In this document: positions 8,234-17,079 of the stretch, one piece after another | Layout of the letters: the number at the start of each line of letters is the position of its first letter | Numbering within the stretch: position 1 is the stretch's first letter | Made by a program: the position numbers and the translations under genes | Notes under the pieces: generated by a model | Told to the model about the DNA's origin: nothing | Seen by the model: the letters and a program-made list of their open reading frames with translations, nothing else | Databases searched by the model: none | NCBI GenBank assembly: GCA_035259985.1 | Contig: DATFVX010000047.1 | Coordinates: forward strand, 1 to 39,646 | Direction: 5' to 3' | Source: Acidimicrobiales bacterium | GTDB taxonomy: Bacteria > Actinomycetota > Acidimicrobiia > Acidimicrobiales > VFJN01 | DNA: 39,646 nt

Positions 8234-10597
8234 TCAGAGCGCGGCGCGAAGCAGGGCCAGGGCACCGGCCTTGTCGAGCGGCTCGTTGCCGTTCCCGCAC
8301 TTGGGCGACTGGACGCACGACGGGCAGCCGCTGCTGCAGGGACACGACTCGATGATCTCGGCCGTGGTCGCCAGGTGACGGGCGGCGGCTTCGTAGCCGA
8401 GCTCGGCGATCCCGGCGCCACCCTGGTAGCCGTCGTAGATCACGATCGCCGGCGCCCCGAGGTCGGCCTGGTGCAGCGTCGACACGCCACCGACGTCCCA
8501 GCGGTCGCAGATCGTGAACAACGGCAGCACACCGATGCCTGCGTGTTCGGCGGCGTGCAGGGCACCGGGGCCGTCGGCCGGCGCGACCCCCGCCAGTTCC
8601 AGCAGGCGCTCGGGGACCTCGTACCAGAACGCCCGCGTGCAGAGCGTCGAACGGGGCAGGTCGAGCGCGGTCATCCCCAGCGACTCGCCGGTCATGGCGT
8701 CCTTGCGCTGGTAGCCGATCACCTGCTCGTGGACCTCGACCGTCCCCAGGCCGACCTCGAGCTCGCCCAGCCGGCGCGTGGCGTCGCGACGCACGATCCG
8801 GATGTCGATATCGGTGCGCGCCACCGTGTACGTCGACCCGTCGTCGGGCTCCACGACGGCGGTGCGGCCGTCCAGGTCGAGGGCAGTCACCCGCCAGGTC
8901 TGGCCGGCGTGCAGGTAGGAGGCTCCCGGGTGCACCTGCCCGCAGGCACGGGCCAACTCCACGGTGCCGACCGCCTCTCCGTCCACCGCGCGGATGCTCA
9001 CCTCGCCGCCGGCCCCGGCACGGAGGCCGACCCCGTGGGCCGGCCAGCCGCCACCCGAATAGAGCGCCTGGGGGCCCCGTCCCCGGATCTGCTGGCGCAC
9101 GACGACATCGTCGGCGCGTGCGAGGCGCAGGACGACCTCGTCGAGGAAGCCCGGCCAGTAGCGCTCATCGGCGTGGGTGAGCGGCATCTCGTGGGCGGCA
9201 CAGCGCAGGTGCGCGTCGGCGACGAACGGATTCGCTGGGTTGATCACCGCCGGCTCGGGGGCCCGCCGCACCAGAGCGTCGGGATGCGTGGCGATCCATT
9301 GGTCGAGCTGGTCCGCGCCGGCGACGAGGACGGCCGCCGACGCTTGGCCCGACCGCCCGGCTCGACCCGCCTGCTGCCAGAACGAGGCGATCGTGCCCGG
9401 GAACCCGTTGAGCACCACGGCGTCGAGTCCACCCACGTCGATTCCCAGCTCGAGTGCGGTGGTCGCAACGACGCCGTCGAGGCGGCCGCTGAACAGCTCC
9501 TCCTCGATCTCCCGGCGTTCACCCGCCAGGTAGCCCCCGCGATACGGCTTGACGCGTCGCCGGCGGGCGGGAGGCAGGCGACGCCGGGCGTCGGACGCGA
9601 CGACCTCGGTCGACCGCCGGCTGCGGCAGAACGCGATCGTCTTGTGCCCCGACCCCACGAGCTCGGCTACCAGACCGGCCGTCTCCCGGTTGCCCGAGGC
9701 CCTCACCCCCGTCCGCTCGTCGAGCCGTGGGGGGTTCCACACCGCCACGAGGCGCTCGCCTTGCGGCGAGCCGTCGTCCTTCACGGCCTCCACCGGGAGC
9801 CCGCACAGCTCCGACGCCAGGAGGTCCGGCTGGCCGATGGTGGCGGAACAGCAGATGAAGGTGGGATCGGCGCCGTAACGGAGGGCCAACCGGCGGAGGC
9901 GGCGCAGCACGTGGGCGACGTGGCTCCCGAATATCCCGCGGAAGGCGTGGAGCTCGTCCACGACCACGTAGCGCAAACGCCCGAGGAACGTCGCCCAGCG
10001 ATCGTGGTGGGGAAGCATGCCGCTGTGGAGCATCTCCGGATTCGTGAGCACCGCGGTGGCGTGCCGTCGGATCCAGGCGCGCTCCTCCGGGCCGGCGTCC
10101 CCGTCGTATGCCCCGGCGACGACGTGGGAGAATCCCAGCTCGCCGAGCGCCCGCAGCTGATCGTGGGCCAGGGCCTTGGTGGGGTACACGAGCAGGGCGG
10201 TGCCGCGGCGCACCGGCGCCTGGGCGGCCTCCGCGATGGGCACCTGGTAGCAGAGCGACTTACCGGACGCGGTGCCGGTGGCGATAACCACCGAGCGTCC
10301 CGCACGAGCCAGGTCGATCGCCGCCGCCTGGTGCGACCAGAGGTGCGGGACATCGAGGCACCCCAGGACCTCGGGAGGCAGGGGGCGCGCGAGCTGCCCT
10401 GGCCGCCCGGGGCGTCCGGCAACCCGCTGCACATGGACCAGAGCCGATGGCCCGCCGCCGTCCTCGCCACCGACGTCACGGCCGGCCAGCGCGCCGAGCA
10501 GCACCCTCATCGGGTCGGCGCCCGTGGCGCGGGTCGGGTACCCGGTCGGCTCGTCGACCGGTCCCTCGAGCACGGACGTCACGTCGGCGAGGGCCAT
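8234..10597 (-). CDS. DEAD/DEAH-box helicase with C-terminal DUF1998 zinc module (MrfA/YprA, Rv3649-like)
   Basis: Motif I GTASGKS, motif II VVVDELH, motif III SAT, motif VI QQAGRAGR. The C-terminal four-Cys cluster is CPCSSGCPSCVQSPKCGNGNEPLDK. Confidence 0.92.
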   Translation of the reverse strand: MALADVTSVLEGPVDEPTGYPTRATGADPMRVLLGALAGRDVGGEDGGGPSALVHVQRVAGRPGRPGQLARPLPPEVLGCLDVPHLWSHQAAAIDLARAGRSVVIATGTASGKSLCYQVPIAEAAQAPVRRGTALLVYPTKALAHDQLRALGELGFSHVVAGAYDGDAGPEERAWIRRHATAVLTNPEMLHSGMLPHHDRWATFLGRLRYVVVDELHAFRGIFGSHVAHVLRRLRRLALRYGADPTFICCSATIGQPDLLASELCGLPVEAVKDDGSPQGERLVAVWNPPRLDERTGVRASGNRETAGLVAELVGSGHKTIAFCRSRRSTEVVASDARRRLPPARRRRVKPYRGGYLAGERREIEEELFSGRLDGVVATTALELGIDVGGLDAVVLNGFPGTIASFWQQAGRAGRSGQASAAVLVAGADQLDQWIATHPDALVRRAPEPAVINPANPFVADAHLRCAAHEMPLTHADERYWPGFLDEVVLRLARADDVVVRQQIRGRGPQALYSGGGWPAHGVGLRAGAGGEVSIRAVDGEAVGTVELARACGQVHPGASYLHAGQTWRVTALDLDGRTAVVEPDDGSTYTVARTDIDIRIVRRDATRRLGELEVGLGTVEVHEQVIGYQRKDAMTGESLGMTALDLPRSTLCTRAFWYEVPERLLELAGVAPADGPGALHAAEHAGIGVLPLFTICDRWDVGGVSTLHQADLGAPAIVIYDGYQGGAGIAELGYEAAARHLATTAEIIESCPCSSGCPSCVQSPKCGNGNEPLDKAGALALLRAAL

Positions 10598-10616
10598 GAC
10601 CAGATCCCAGGTTACG

Positions 10617-10634
10617 CCCGTGGAATTCCACGGG
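10617..10634. promoter_or_regulatory. 18-bp perfect palindrome CCCGTGGAATTCCACGGG in the divergent helicase/STAS intergenic region
   Basis: Read directly from the sequence. It lies in the 99-bp gap between the start codons at 10597 (-) and 10697 (+). Confidence 0.4.
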
Positions 10635-10696
10635 TGTCACGCGGGCCATGTTGCACCGCGTGGGTCCGAGAAGCCAGCGGGTAGGGTCAGCAGGCC

Positions 10697-11035
10697 ATGT
10701 ACCTGCGCACGGAGGTGTCCGAGATCGAGGGGTGGACCGTCGTGACGGTTCACGGTGAGATCGACGTCGCCACCTCTCCCGCATTGCGCGAGCGCCTGAT
10801 CGGCCTCGTGAACGACGGATCAGCACAGCTGGTGCTCGACCTCGAGGCCGTCGACTTCCTCGACTCCACCGGTCTCGGCACCATCGTGAGCATCCTGAAG
10901 CGGACTCGATCCCACGGCGGCGACCTTCGCCTGGTGTGCACCGAGGCCCGGATTCGGCGCCTGTTCGAGATCACCGGCCTCGACAGCGCCGTGCCGCTCC
11001 ACGCGTCCCTCGACGACGCCATCGGCGGCGGGTAG
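10697..11035 (+). CDS. Anti-sigma factor antagonist (STAS domain, RsbV/SpoIIAA-like)
   Basis: 112 aa. The pattern [19 protein letters not shown]...[15 protein letters not shown] includes the conserved phosphorylatable Ser in DSTG. Confidence 0.88.
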   Translation: MYLRTEVSEIEGWTVVTVHGEIDVATSPALRERLIGLVNDGSAQLVLDLEAVDFLDSTGLGTIVSILKRTRSHGGDLRLVCTEARIRRLFEITGLDSAVPLHASLDDAIGGG

Positions 11036-11038
11036 CCC

Positions 11039-11476
11039 ATGGCGGTCGTGGAGCTGGAGATCCCGGCCCACTCCGCCTATCTATCGCTGGTGCGCCTGGT
11101 CGTCGACGCGGCGGTCGGGTCGTTGGCGCCCGGGCTGAGCCAGGCGCGCCTCGACGATCTGAAGATCGCGGTCACCGAGGCGTGCTCCAACGCGATCGAG
11201 GCCCACGAGACCAACTGGTCCGAGGGTCCGGTGGTCGTCCGCTGCACGGTCGGCGACGACGAGGTCCGGGTGGAGGTCATCGATCGAGGCTCCGGGTTCG
11301 ATCCCGACGACGTCGAAGCCCTGCCCGCCGTGACGGACCCGCGGCGCCTGCGGCACGAGAGCGGGCTGGGCATCGCTCTCATGCGCACCCTGGCCGACGA
11401 GGTGAGCTTCACGCCGTCGCCCGACGGGACCCGGGTGAGCCTCGTCGTGCACCGGCCGCACAGCACCCTTGGGTGA
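11039..11476 (+). CDS. Anti-sigma regulatory factor, Ser/Thr protein kinase (RsbW/SpoIIAB-like HATPase)
   Basis: 145 aa with N-box TEACSNAIEAH, G-box DRGSGF and GLGIALM. It starts 3 nt after the STAS stop. Confidence 0.85.
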   Translation: MAVVELEIPAHSAYLSLVRLVVDAAVGSLAPGLSQARLDDLKIAVTEACSNAIEAHETNWSEGPVVVRCTVGDDEVRVEVIDRGSGFDPDDVEALPAVTDPRRLRHESGLGIALMRTLADEVSFTPSPDGTRVSLVVHRPHSTLG

Positions 11477-11512
11477 CCCCGGCGCCCAAGCCACCGAGAC
11501 GCGCTCGGGCAG

Positions 11513-11890
11513 TCAGCACTCCTGTTCGACGAAGTCCCCCACCGTGTTGAACGCCTCCTCCGCGCGCGGCAGGTCCTTCCGCACCTCATTGACGGCGTCC
11601 TGATCCGTCACGTCGATCTTGGAGAGCTTCTCGAAGCCCTTGAGGACCGTCTCATACTCGTCGGCGATCTCCTCCGGGGGGTCCAGGTCCCGCAACATGT
11701 CGAGGGCCTCCCGGAGTGCGTCCGGGTGCGTGACCGGGTTGATGTCGGAGAACCGCTCGTTGATGCGGTTGAAGCCCTGGCAGAACTCCTCGGTTGCCTG
11801 GCTCGACGCGCCGCCGCCGCCGTCGTCGTCGCCGCAGCCGCCAGCGATCAACAGGCCCGCGACCGCCAGGCCCGCCACAATGCGTCCCAT
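11513..11890 (-). CDS. Small lipoprotein of unknown function
   Basis: The internal ATG at 11890 gives MGRIVAGLAVAGLLIAGGCGDDDGGG (signal peptide with a relaxed lipobox) followed by an acidic helical domain. The longer ORF N-terminus is Arg/Pro-rich and overlaps the neighbouring gene. Confidence 0.6.
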   Translation of the reverse strand: MGRIVAGLAVAGLLIAGGCGDDDGGGGASSQATEEFCQGFNRINERFSDINPVTHPDALREALDMLRDLDPPEEIADEYETVLKGFEKLSKIDVTDQDAVNEVRKDLPRAEEAFNTVGDFVEQEC

Positions 11891-11898
11891 GCCCGCGC

Positions 11899-13110
11899 CT
11901 ATGCCTCCTCGTACTTTCGAAGCTCGCGCCGTGCCACCGACATGCGATGCACCTCGTCCGGGCCATCGGCCAGGCGCAGGGTGCGGACGTGCGCGTACAT
12001 CGATGCCAGTGGGGCGTCGTTGGACACGCCGAGCGCGCCGTGCGCCTGGATCGCCCGGTCGATGACCCGCAGGGCCACGTCCGGGGCCGCGACCTTGATC
12101 GCCGAGATCTCGATGCGGGCGCCCTTGTTGCCGACCGTGTCCATCAGCCATGCGGTCTTGAGCACCAGCAGGCGGACCTGCTCGATCTCGATCCGGCTGT
12201 CGGCGATCCACTGCTGGATCACGCCCTGCTCCGCCAGCGGCTTGCCGAATGCCGTGCGCGCCCGCACCCGCCGGCACATCAGCTCGAGCGCCCGCTCGGC
12301 GACCCCGATTGCCCGCATGCAGTGGTGGATGCGGCCGGGGCCGAGCCGGGACTGGGCCATGGCGAAGCCACCGCCCTCCTCCCCGAGCAAGTGGTCGACG
12401 GGGACACGAACGTCCCGGAAGACGAGCTCGCAGTGCCCCTCGTTGTCCTGGTATCCGAACACCGGGAGGCTGCGGACGTTCTCGAGACCGGAAGCGTCCA
12501 TGGGCACCAGCATCATCGACTGCTGCCGGTGTGGGGGCGCTGCGGGGTCGGTCTTGCCCATGACGATCGCCACCCGGCAGCGCTCACGGGCGGCTCCGCT
12601 GATCCACCACTTGTGCCCGTTGAGCACGTAGTCGTCACCGTCGTGTTCGATCCGAAGCGAGATGTTGGTGGCATCCGAGCTGGCGACCGCAGGTTCGGTC
12701 ATCGCGAAGCACGACCGGATCTCGCCCTCGAGCAAGGGCCGGAGCCAGCGCTCCTTCTGCTCGTCGGTGCCGAACATCGTGAGGAGCTCCATGTTGCCGG
12801 TGTCGGGGGCCGAGCAGTTGAGCGCCTCGGGCGCCAGCGGGCTGCGCCCGGTGATCTCGGCCAGGGGCGCGTAGTCGAGGTTCGAGAGCCCGTCCGTCCA
12901 CTCGGTCTGGTGCGGGAGGAAGAGGTTCCACAGCCCCCGCTCCCTCGCCTCGACCTTGAGCTCACCGAGGACCGGGGCATGCACATGGGGATTGCCCGAC
13001 TCGGCGATCTGTTGGTGATAGAGCGCCTCGTTGGGATAGACGCACTCGTCCATGAACCCCTCGAGCCGCTTGCGGAGCTCCTCGGCCCGAGCGCTCAGTG
13101 CGAAATCCAT
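11899..13110 (-). CDS. Acyl-CoA dehydrogenase family protein
   Basis: 403 aa with [25 protein letters not shown] and a C-terminal ADGPDEVHR-type motif. Confidence 0.9.
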   Translation of the reverse strand: MDFALSARAEELRKRLEGFMDECVYPNEALYHQQIAESGNPHVHAPVLGELKVEARERGLWNLFLPHQTEWTDGLSNLDYAPLAEITGRSPLAPEALNCSAPDTGNMELLTMFGTDEQKERWLRPLLEGEIRSCFAMTEPAVASSDATNISLRIEHDGDDYVLNGHKWWISGAARERCRVAIVMGKTDPAAPPHRQQSMMLVPMDASGLENVRSLPVFGYQDNEGHCELVFRDVRVPVDHLLGEEGGGFAMAQSRLGPGRIHHCMRAIGVAERALELMCRRVRARTAFGKPLAEQGVIQQWIADSRIEIEQVRLLVLKTAWLMDTVGNKGARIEISAIKVAAPDVALRVIDRAIQAHGALGVSNDAPLASMYAHVRTLRLADGPDEVHRMSVARRELRKYEEA

Positions 13111-13208
13111 TGTGCGACCCTAGACGAGCCCGTCATGTCCCGGACCTCGGGAATTGGCCACATTACGTGAGCTAATTGACGCGTAGTGCGTTCGACTAGC
13201 GCACCCGC

Positions 13209-13240
13209 CGTTACAGGTGTAACGTACGTGCAACGTTGCA
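13209..13240. promoter_or_regulatory. Two adjacent palindromes upstream of the acyl-CoA dehydrogenase gene (candidate operator)
   Basis: CGTTAC-AGGT-GTAACG (13209-13224) and TGCAACGTTGCA (13229-13240) lie in a locally AT-richer patch 100-130 nt upstream of the ATG at 13110. Confidence 0.35.
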
Positions 13241-13394
13241 GCGGGGGGCTACGCGGGGATTTGCGCTGGTGCTTCGTGTGCTGGCGTTTCCAGGTGTGCC
13301 GGTCCGATGGTCGGTCCCGTCCGCCCGCCTCGATCGTCGGGCCGGCGCACCTGGGGACGCGGGGGCAACCGCTGGCGGGGTCGACCTGATCTGA

Positions 13395-14000
13395 TCAAGC
13401 CTCGACGTCGCGCCGTCCCTCGAGGGCCCGCCCGAGGGTCAACTCGTCCGCGTACTCGAGGTCGCCACCGACGGGCAGGCCGCTGGCGATGCGGGTGACC
13501 CTCAGCCCGAGGGGCTTCAGCAATCGACCGAGGTACAGCGCCGTGGCCTCCCCCTCGAGGTTCGGGTTCGTGCACAGGATGATCTCGGCGATGCCCTCGC
13601 GGCCGATCCGATCGAGCAGCTCACGGACGCGGAGTTGCTCGGGCCCCACACCCTCGATGGGGCTGATGGCCCCCTGCAGCACGTGGTAGCGCCCGTGGAA
13701 CTCGCCGGTCTTCTCGACCGCCACCACATCGCGGGGCTCCTCGACGACGCAGACGACCGTGGCGTCACGCCGAGCGTCGGCGCAGATGCCGCAGGTCTCG
13801 CCCTCGGCCACGTTGAAGCAGGTCTGGCAGAACGCGACCCGGTCCTTGGCCTCGGTGATGGCGCGGGCCAAGCGCAGGGCGTCGGCCTTCGACAGCTTGA
13901 GCAGGTGAAAGGCGATCCGCTGCGCCGACTTGGGCCCGACGCCGGGTAGCCGCCCCAACTCGTCGATGAGGTCCTGGACCGGACCCGCGTACACGGCCAC
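13395..14000 (-). CDS. recR: Recombination protein RecR
   Basis: HhH motif [17 protein letters not shown], zinc finger [16 protein letters not shown], Toprim [14 protein letters not shown]. The start could be GTG 14000 or the in-frame GTG 13994 ([13 protein letters not shown]). Confidence 0.93.
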   Translation of the reverse strand: MAVYAGPVQDLIDELGRLPGVGPKSAQRIAFHLLKLSKADALRLARAITEAKDRVAFCQTCFNVAEGETCGICADARRDATVVCVVEEPRDVVAVEKTGEFHGRYHVLQGAISPIEGVGPEQLRVRELLDRIGREGIAEIILCTNPNLEGEATALYLGRLLKPLGLRVTRIASGLPVGGDLEYADELTLGRALEGRRDVEA

Positions 14001-14006
14001 CAGAGC

Positions 14007-14426
14007 TCACTGACCCTTGCCGGGACCGGGGCCAGCGTCGGGGTCCCCGAGCAGGCCGCCGAGCGCACCCCCGAGCCCATCGAGGTCGAGGCCGCCGAGC
14101 GAACCGAGGGCGTCGCGCTGGAGCGCCGCCACCTTCGCGCCGGCGTCGTGGAGCGCCGCCACGATGAGGTCCTGGAGCATCTCGATGTCCTGCGGATCGA
14201 CGATCTCGGGTGCGAGCCGTACCGAGCGGACCTCGCCCGTGCCCGTCATCTCGACCGTCACCACGCCGCCCCCGGCGCTGCCCGTCACCACCTCGTCGGC
14301 GGCCCGCGCCTGCGCCGCGAACGCTTCCTGTGCCGACTCGAGCAAGCCACCGAGGTCGCCCGGTCCCGCCAACCCGGCGGACTCCGGCGGCTTCGGCGCC
14401 GGTGGATCGGACGGAGCGTCAGCCAT
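14007..14426 (-). CDS. ybaB: YbaB/EbfC-family nucleoid-associated protein
   Basis: 139 aa containing VVTGSAGGGVVTVEMTGTGEVRSVRLAPEIVDPQDIEMLQDLIVAALHDA. It occupies the canonical position between dnaX and recR. Confidence 0.88.
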   Translation of the reverse strand: MADAPSDPPAPKPPESAGLAGPGDLGGLLESAQEAFAAQARAADEVVTGSAGGGVVTVEMTGTGEVRSVRLAPEIVDPQDIEMLQDLIVAALHDAGAKVAALQRDALGSLGGLDLDGLGGALGGLLGDPDAGPGPGKGQ

Positions 14427-14429
14427 CAG

Positions 14430-16187
14430 TCAGTCCTCCTGGATGAGCTCGCCGCCTCCGAACGTGCGCACCACAAGGTCCACGCCCGAGGTTGCGGCGT
14501 CGTCGGCGTCGCGCAGCTCGGCCGGGTCGATGTGCTCGACGTCGTCGGGCGGCGCGACGGCCGAGGTCGTCGGGGCACCGCCGGTTGGCTCACCCTCTAC
14601 CACGATCGCCACCGGAACGGGTTCGCCGAAGTGTGCCAGCAGCGCATCCTCGACCTCGCGTCGTGACTCGTCGCACGCCCGCTGGTGCCACTCGTTGGAA
14701 ACTGCGAAGCGGACGGCGCTCGACTCTGGGTCGATCCAGCGCCCGCCGCGCCAGCGGCTCCGGACCGACTTCGGCAGTGCCGTCAACACGGCATCCGTCC
14801 AGGCCCTGGTGAGCTCGTCGAGCTCCGGGATGCGCCCGGCCGCCACCGCCACCGCCCCCGGTGACTCCTCCGCATCGCCTCGCTCCCCCTGCTGCCGGAC
14901 CACGGCGCCGAGGGTCGGCTTGTCGCCTGCGGGGCCCTTTGTTCCGGCCGATGGATCCGCCGACCGCCCGGCGTCATCGCGGCCCCGGCCGGACAGCGCC
15001 TTGCGGGCCGCGGCCGCGCCTCCGGCCGGGGCCGCGTCGGATCCTCCGCCGCCCGGGCCACCGCCGCGAGGGCGATCACCGCGTTCGAGCCGGTCGAGCC
15101 GGTCGAGGATCGCGTCGAGCGTCCGATCGGTCGCCGGCTGGGTGAGGCGGACGAGCGCCACCTCGACCACGACGCGCGGGTCCGGCTTACGAGCCAGCTC
15201 GATGAGGGACTCCCCCAGCACGTCGAGCGCCCGGGTGAGGCCGGCCGGCCCCAGCCGCTGGCCGACGCGGGCCGCCCGCTCCCGCCGGGCCGGCGCCACG
15301 TGCTCGTCCGCCGCACCCATGACCGCGAGGAAGGCATCACGCAGGGCGGCGATCAGGTCCTCGCCCATGGTGCGGGGATCGCGCCCTGCGGCCAGGGCGT
15401 CGGCGACGGCGACCAGGACGGCCCCGGTGTCACGGTCACACAGGGCGTCCAGCACGGCGTCCACGGGCTCGGAGGCGTCGAACACCTCGCCCAATGCCGC
15501 CACCTGGTCGAGCGCCGACAGGGTGTCGCGCGCGGAGCCGGCGCCGGTGCGGATGACATGGTCGACGGCGCGATCCACCGCCTCAGCGTCGAGACCGAGG
15601 CCGGCATCGGCGATGACGTGGCGGACGTGATCGGCCAGGACGTCCGGGGACAGCAGCCGGAACTCGAAGTGCTGTGTGCGGCTGCGGATGGTGGGCCGCA
15701 CCTTCTGGGGGTCGGTGGTGGCGAGCACGAACACCACGTGCTCCGGCGGCTCTTCGAGGGTCTTGAGCAGGGCGTTCTCGGCGCCCTGGCTGAGCATGTG
15801 GACCTCGTCGAGGATGATGACCCGGCGCTTGCCCGAGGTGCCCAGCGGGACGCGCTCGATCAGGTCGCGCATGTCGTCGACCTTGCTCTTAGACGCCGCG
15901 TCCTGCTCGAGCAGCCAGTCGACGACACGCCCCTCGGCCACCGCCACGCAGTTCTCGCACTTGCCACACGGCTCACCGTCGACCGGCGCGTCGCAGTTGA
16001 GCACCTTGGCCAGGATGCGAGCGGTCGAGGTCTTGCCGGTGCCCCGCGGGCCGCTGAAGAGGTAGGCATGGCCGACGCGGCCCTCGCGCACGGCATTGCG
16101 CAGCGCCTTGGTCACGTGCTCCTGCCCCAGCACCTCGTCGAAGCGCTGTGGGCGGTAGCGCCGGTAGAGAGACTGGTACGCGGCCAT
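14430..16187 (-). CDS. dnaX: DNA polymerase III subunits gamma/tau
   Basis: Starts MAAYQSLYRRYRPQRFDEVLGQEH. Walker A GPRGTGKTS, zinc module CGKCENC, Walker B ILDEVHMLS, and a low-complexity tau linker. Confidence 0.95.
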   Translation of the reverse strand: MAAYQSLYRRYRPQRFDEVLGQEHVTKALRNAVREGRVGHAYLFSGPRGTGKTSTARILAKVLNCDAPVDGEPCGKCENCVAVAEGRVVDWLLEQDAASKSKVDDMRDLIERVPLGTSGKRRVIILDEVHMLSQGAENALLKTLEEPPEHVVFVLATTDPQKVRPTIRSRTQHFEFRLLSPDVLADHVRHVIADAGLGLDAEAVDRAVDHVIRTGAGSARDTLSALDQVAALGEVFDASEPVDAVLDALCDRDTGAVLVAVADALAAGRDPRTMGEDLIAALRDAFLAVMGAADEHVAPARRERAARVGQRLGPAGLTRALDVLGESLIELARKPDPRVVVEVALVRLTQPATDRTLDAILDRLDRLERGDRPRGGGPGGGGSDAAPAGGAAAARKALSGRGRDDAGRSADPSAGTKGPAGDKPTLGAVVRQQGERGDAEESPGAVAVAAGRIPELDELTRAWTDAVLTALPKSVRSRWRGGRWIDPESSAVRFAVSNEWHQRACDESRREVEDALLAHFGEPVPVAIVVEGEPTGGAPTTSAVAPPDDVEHIDPAELRDADDAATSGVDLVVRTFGGGELIQED

Positions 16188-16225
16188 CGGCCGGATGCTA
16201 TCGGCGGCAGCTACGGCGCCAGCGG

Positions 16226-16420
16226 CCGGCCACGAAGCGGCCAGAAACGGGAAGCACGATGCCCGTCACCGGAGATGCCTGGGCCCGAGCGACCCGGCCA
16301 CGAAGCGGCCAAGAGCGGCAAACACAATGCCCGTCACCGGAGGTGCCTGGGCCCGAACGACCCGGCCACGAAGTGGCCAAGAGCGGGAAACACAATGCCC
16401 GTCACCGGAGGTGACGGCCA
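16226..16420. repeat. 68-bp tandem repeat, about 2.8 copies, between the dnaX start and the ffs 3' end
   Basis: Units start at 16226, 16294 and 16362 (CCGGCCACGAAGCGGCCAAGAGCGGCAAACACAATGCCCGTCACCGGAGGTG...). Units differ by a few substitutions. The third unit merges into the ffs terminator hairpin. Confidence 0.9.
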
Positions 16421-16514
16421 GGCGGTCTGCGGCACACCACAGGTTCCGCTGAGAGCTGCTGCCTCCCGGCCCTGACTCGGTTCACGGGCTGCAGTTGCAC
16501 AGGACCCGGCCGCC
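16421..16514 (-). ncRNA. ffs: Signal recognition particle RNA (small 4.5S-type SRP RNA); ends approximate
   Basis: The minus strand reads GGCGGCCGGGUCCUGUGCAACUGCAGCCCGUGAACCGAGUCAGGGCCGGGAGGCAGCAGCUCUCAGCGGAACCUGUGGUGUGCCGCAGACCGCC. The GUCAGGnCCGGnAGGnAGCAGC core matches the conserved domain IV motif (E. coli GGUCAGGUCCGGAAGGAAGCAGCC, from memory). The 5' and 3' ends are complementary. It is followed by the hairpin CCGTCACC-TCCG-GTGACGG and occupies the canonical position upstream of dnaX. Confidence 0.85.
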
Positions 16515-16570
16515 ACCTGCGGTCACGGGCGCGGCACACGATAGCGTGTGCTGCCCCGGGGACCACCCGA

Positions 16571-16656
16571 GGAGGGATGCGAGAGCGGCCGAATCGGCAC
16601 GCTTGGAAAGCGTGTGTGGGTCCTGCCCACCGTGGGTTCGAATCCCACTCCCTCCG
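16571..16656 (+). tRNA. tRNA-Ser (anticodon GGA)
   Basis: Acceptor stem GGAGGGA/TCCCTCC, anticodon arm CACGC-TTGGAAA-GCGTG, long variable arm GTGGGTCCTGCCCAC, T arm GTGGG-TTCGAAT-CCCAC, discriminator G. CCA is not encoded. Confidence 0.9.
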
Positions 16657-17079
16657 CACCGCAGGTCCGGACGGTTCCGCACCGTCCCGCCTGATACCCG
16701 CTGACCTTGGGATTTCGTCCGCCGCCGTTCCCGTCTGAGTCACGCCGGGTCCGGAGCTCCGAGCGTTGCTCTCGAGATCGCTCAGGCGATTCCGAACCCT
16801 CCGCGCGCAGCGTGGCAATCCCGGCCTGAGCTGCAGGGTGTCGCTCGAGGCAGGCTTCGTGCGTATGACCGCACGCACCGTGTCGAATTGCCGATATCCG
16901 ACTTCTCGAAAATTGAGTCTAGGAGAGTTCGGATCATCAAAATTCGACCTGACCCTGGCCAAAGCCTCAAATTGGCGACCGCCCGACAACAATTCTCAAT
17001 AGCGCTGATGGCCTCCCTGTGCGAAGCTCTCGACGTCGCCACGCGGAATGGCGACATTGGGCGGACAAGGGGGAACACC

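Noticed and set aside
10650-10683. SigF/SigB-type promoter (GTT... GGGTA) upstream of the STAS gene
   Set aside because: GGGTA is present at 10679-10683, but the nearest GTT(G) element is about 25 nt upstream. That is well outside the 15-17-nt spacing of such promoters.
8213-10684. 823-aa plus-strand ORF covering the whole helicase locus
   Set aside because: It is antisense to a helicase ORF that has all SF2 motifs. It is Arg/Gly/Pro/Val-rich with no motifs. This is the typical shadow ORF of a high-GC gene.
14430-16187. Programmed frameshift site in dnaX (gamma versus tau)
   Set aside because: No A-rich slippery heptamer with a downstream hairpin was seen in the gene. Nothing in the sequence supports frameshifting.
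16226-16420. Possibility that the 68-bp repeats are a CRISPR array
   Set aside because: The units are directly contiguous with no unique spacers, and no cas genes are present. The repeat is derived from the ffs terminator region.
16402-16992. 196-aa minus-strand ORF across ffs and tRNA-Ser
   Set aside because: It runs through two RNA genes and a non-coding AT-richer region and has no protein-like features.
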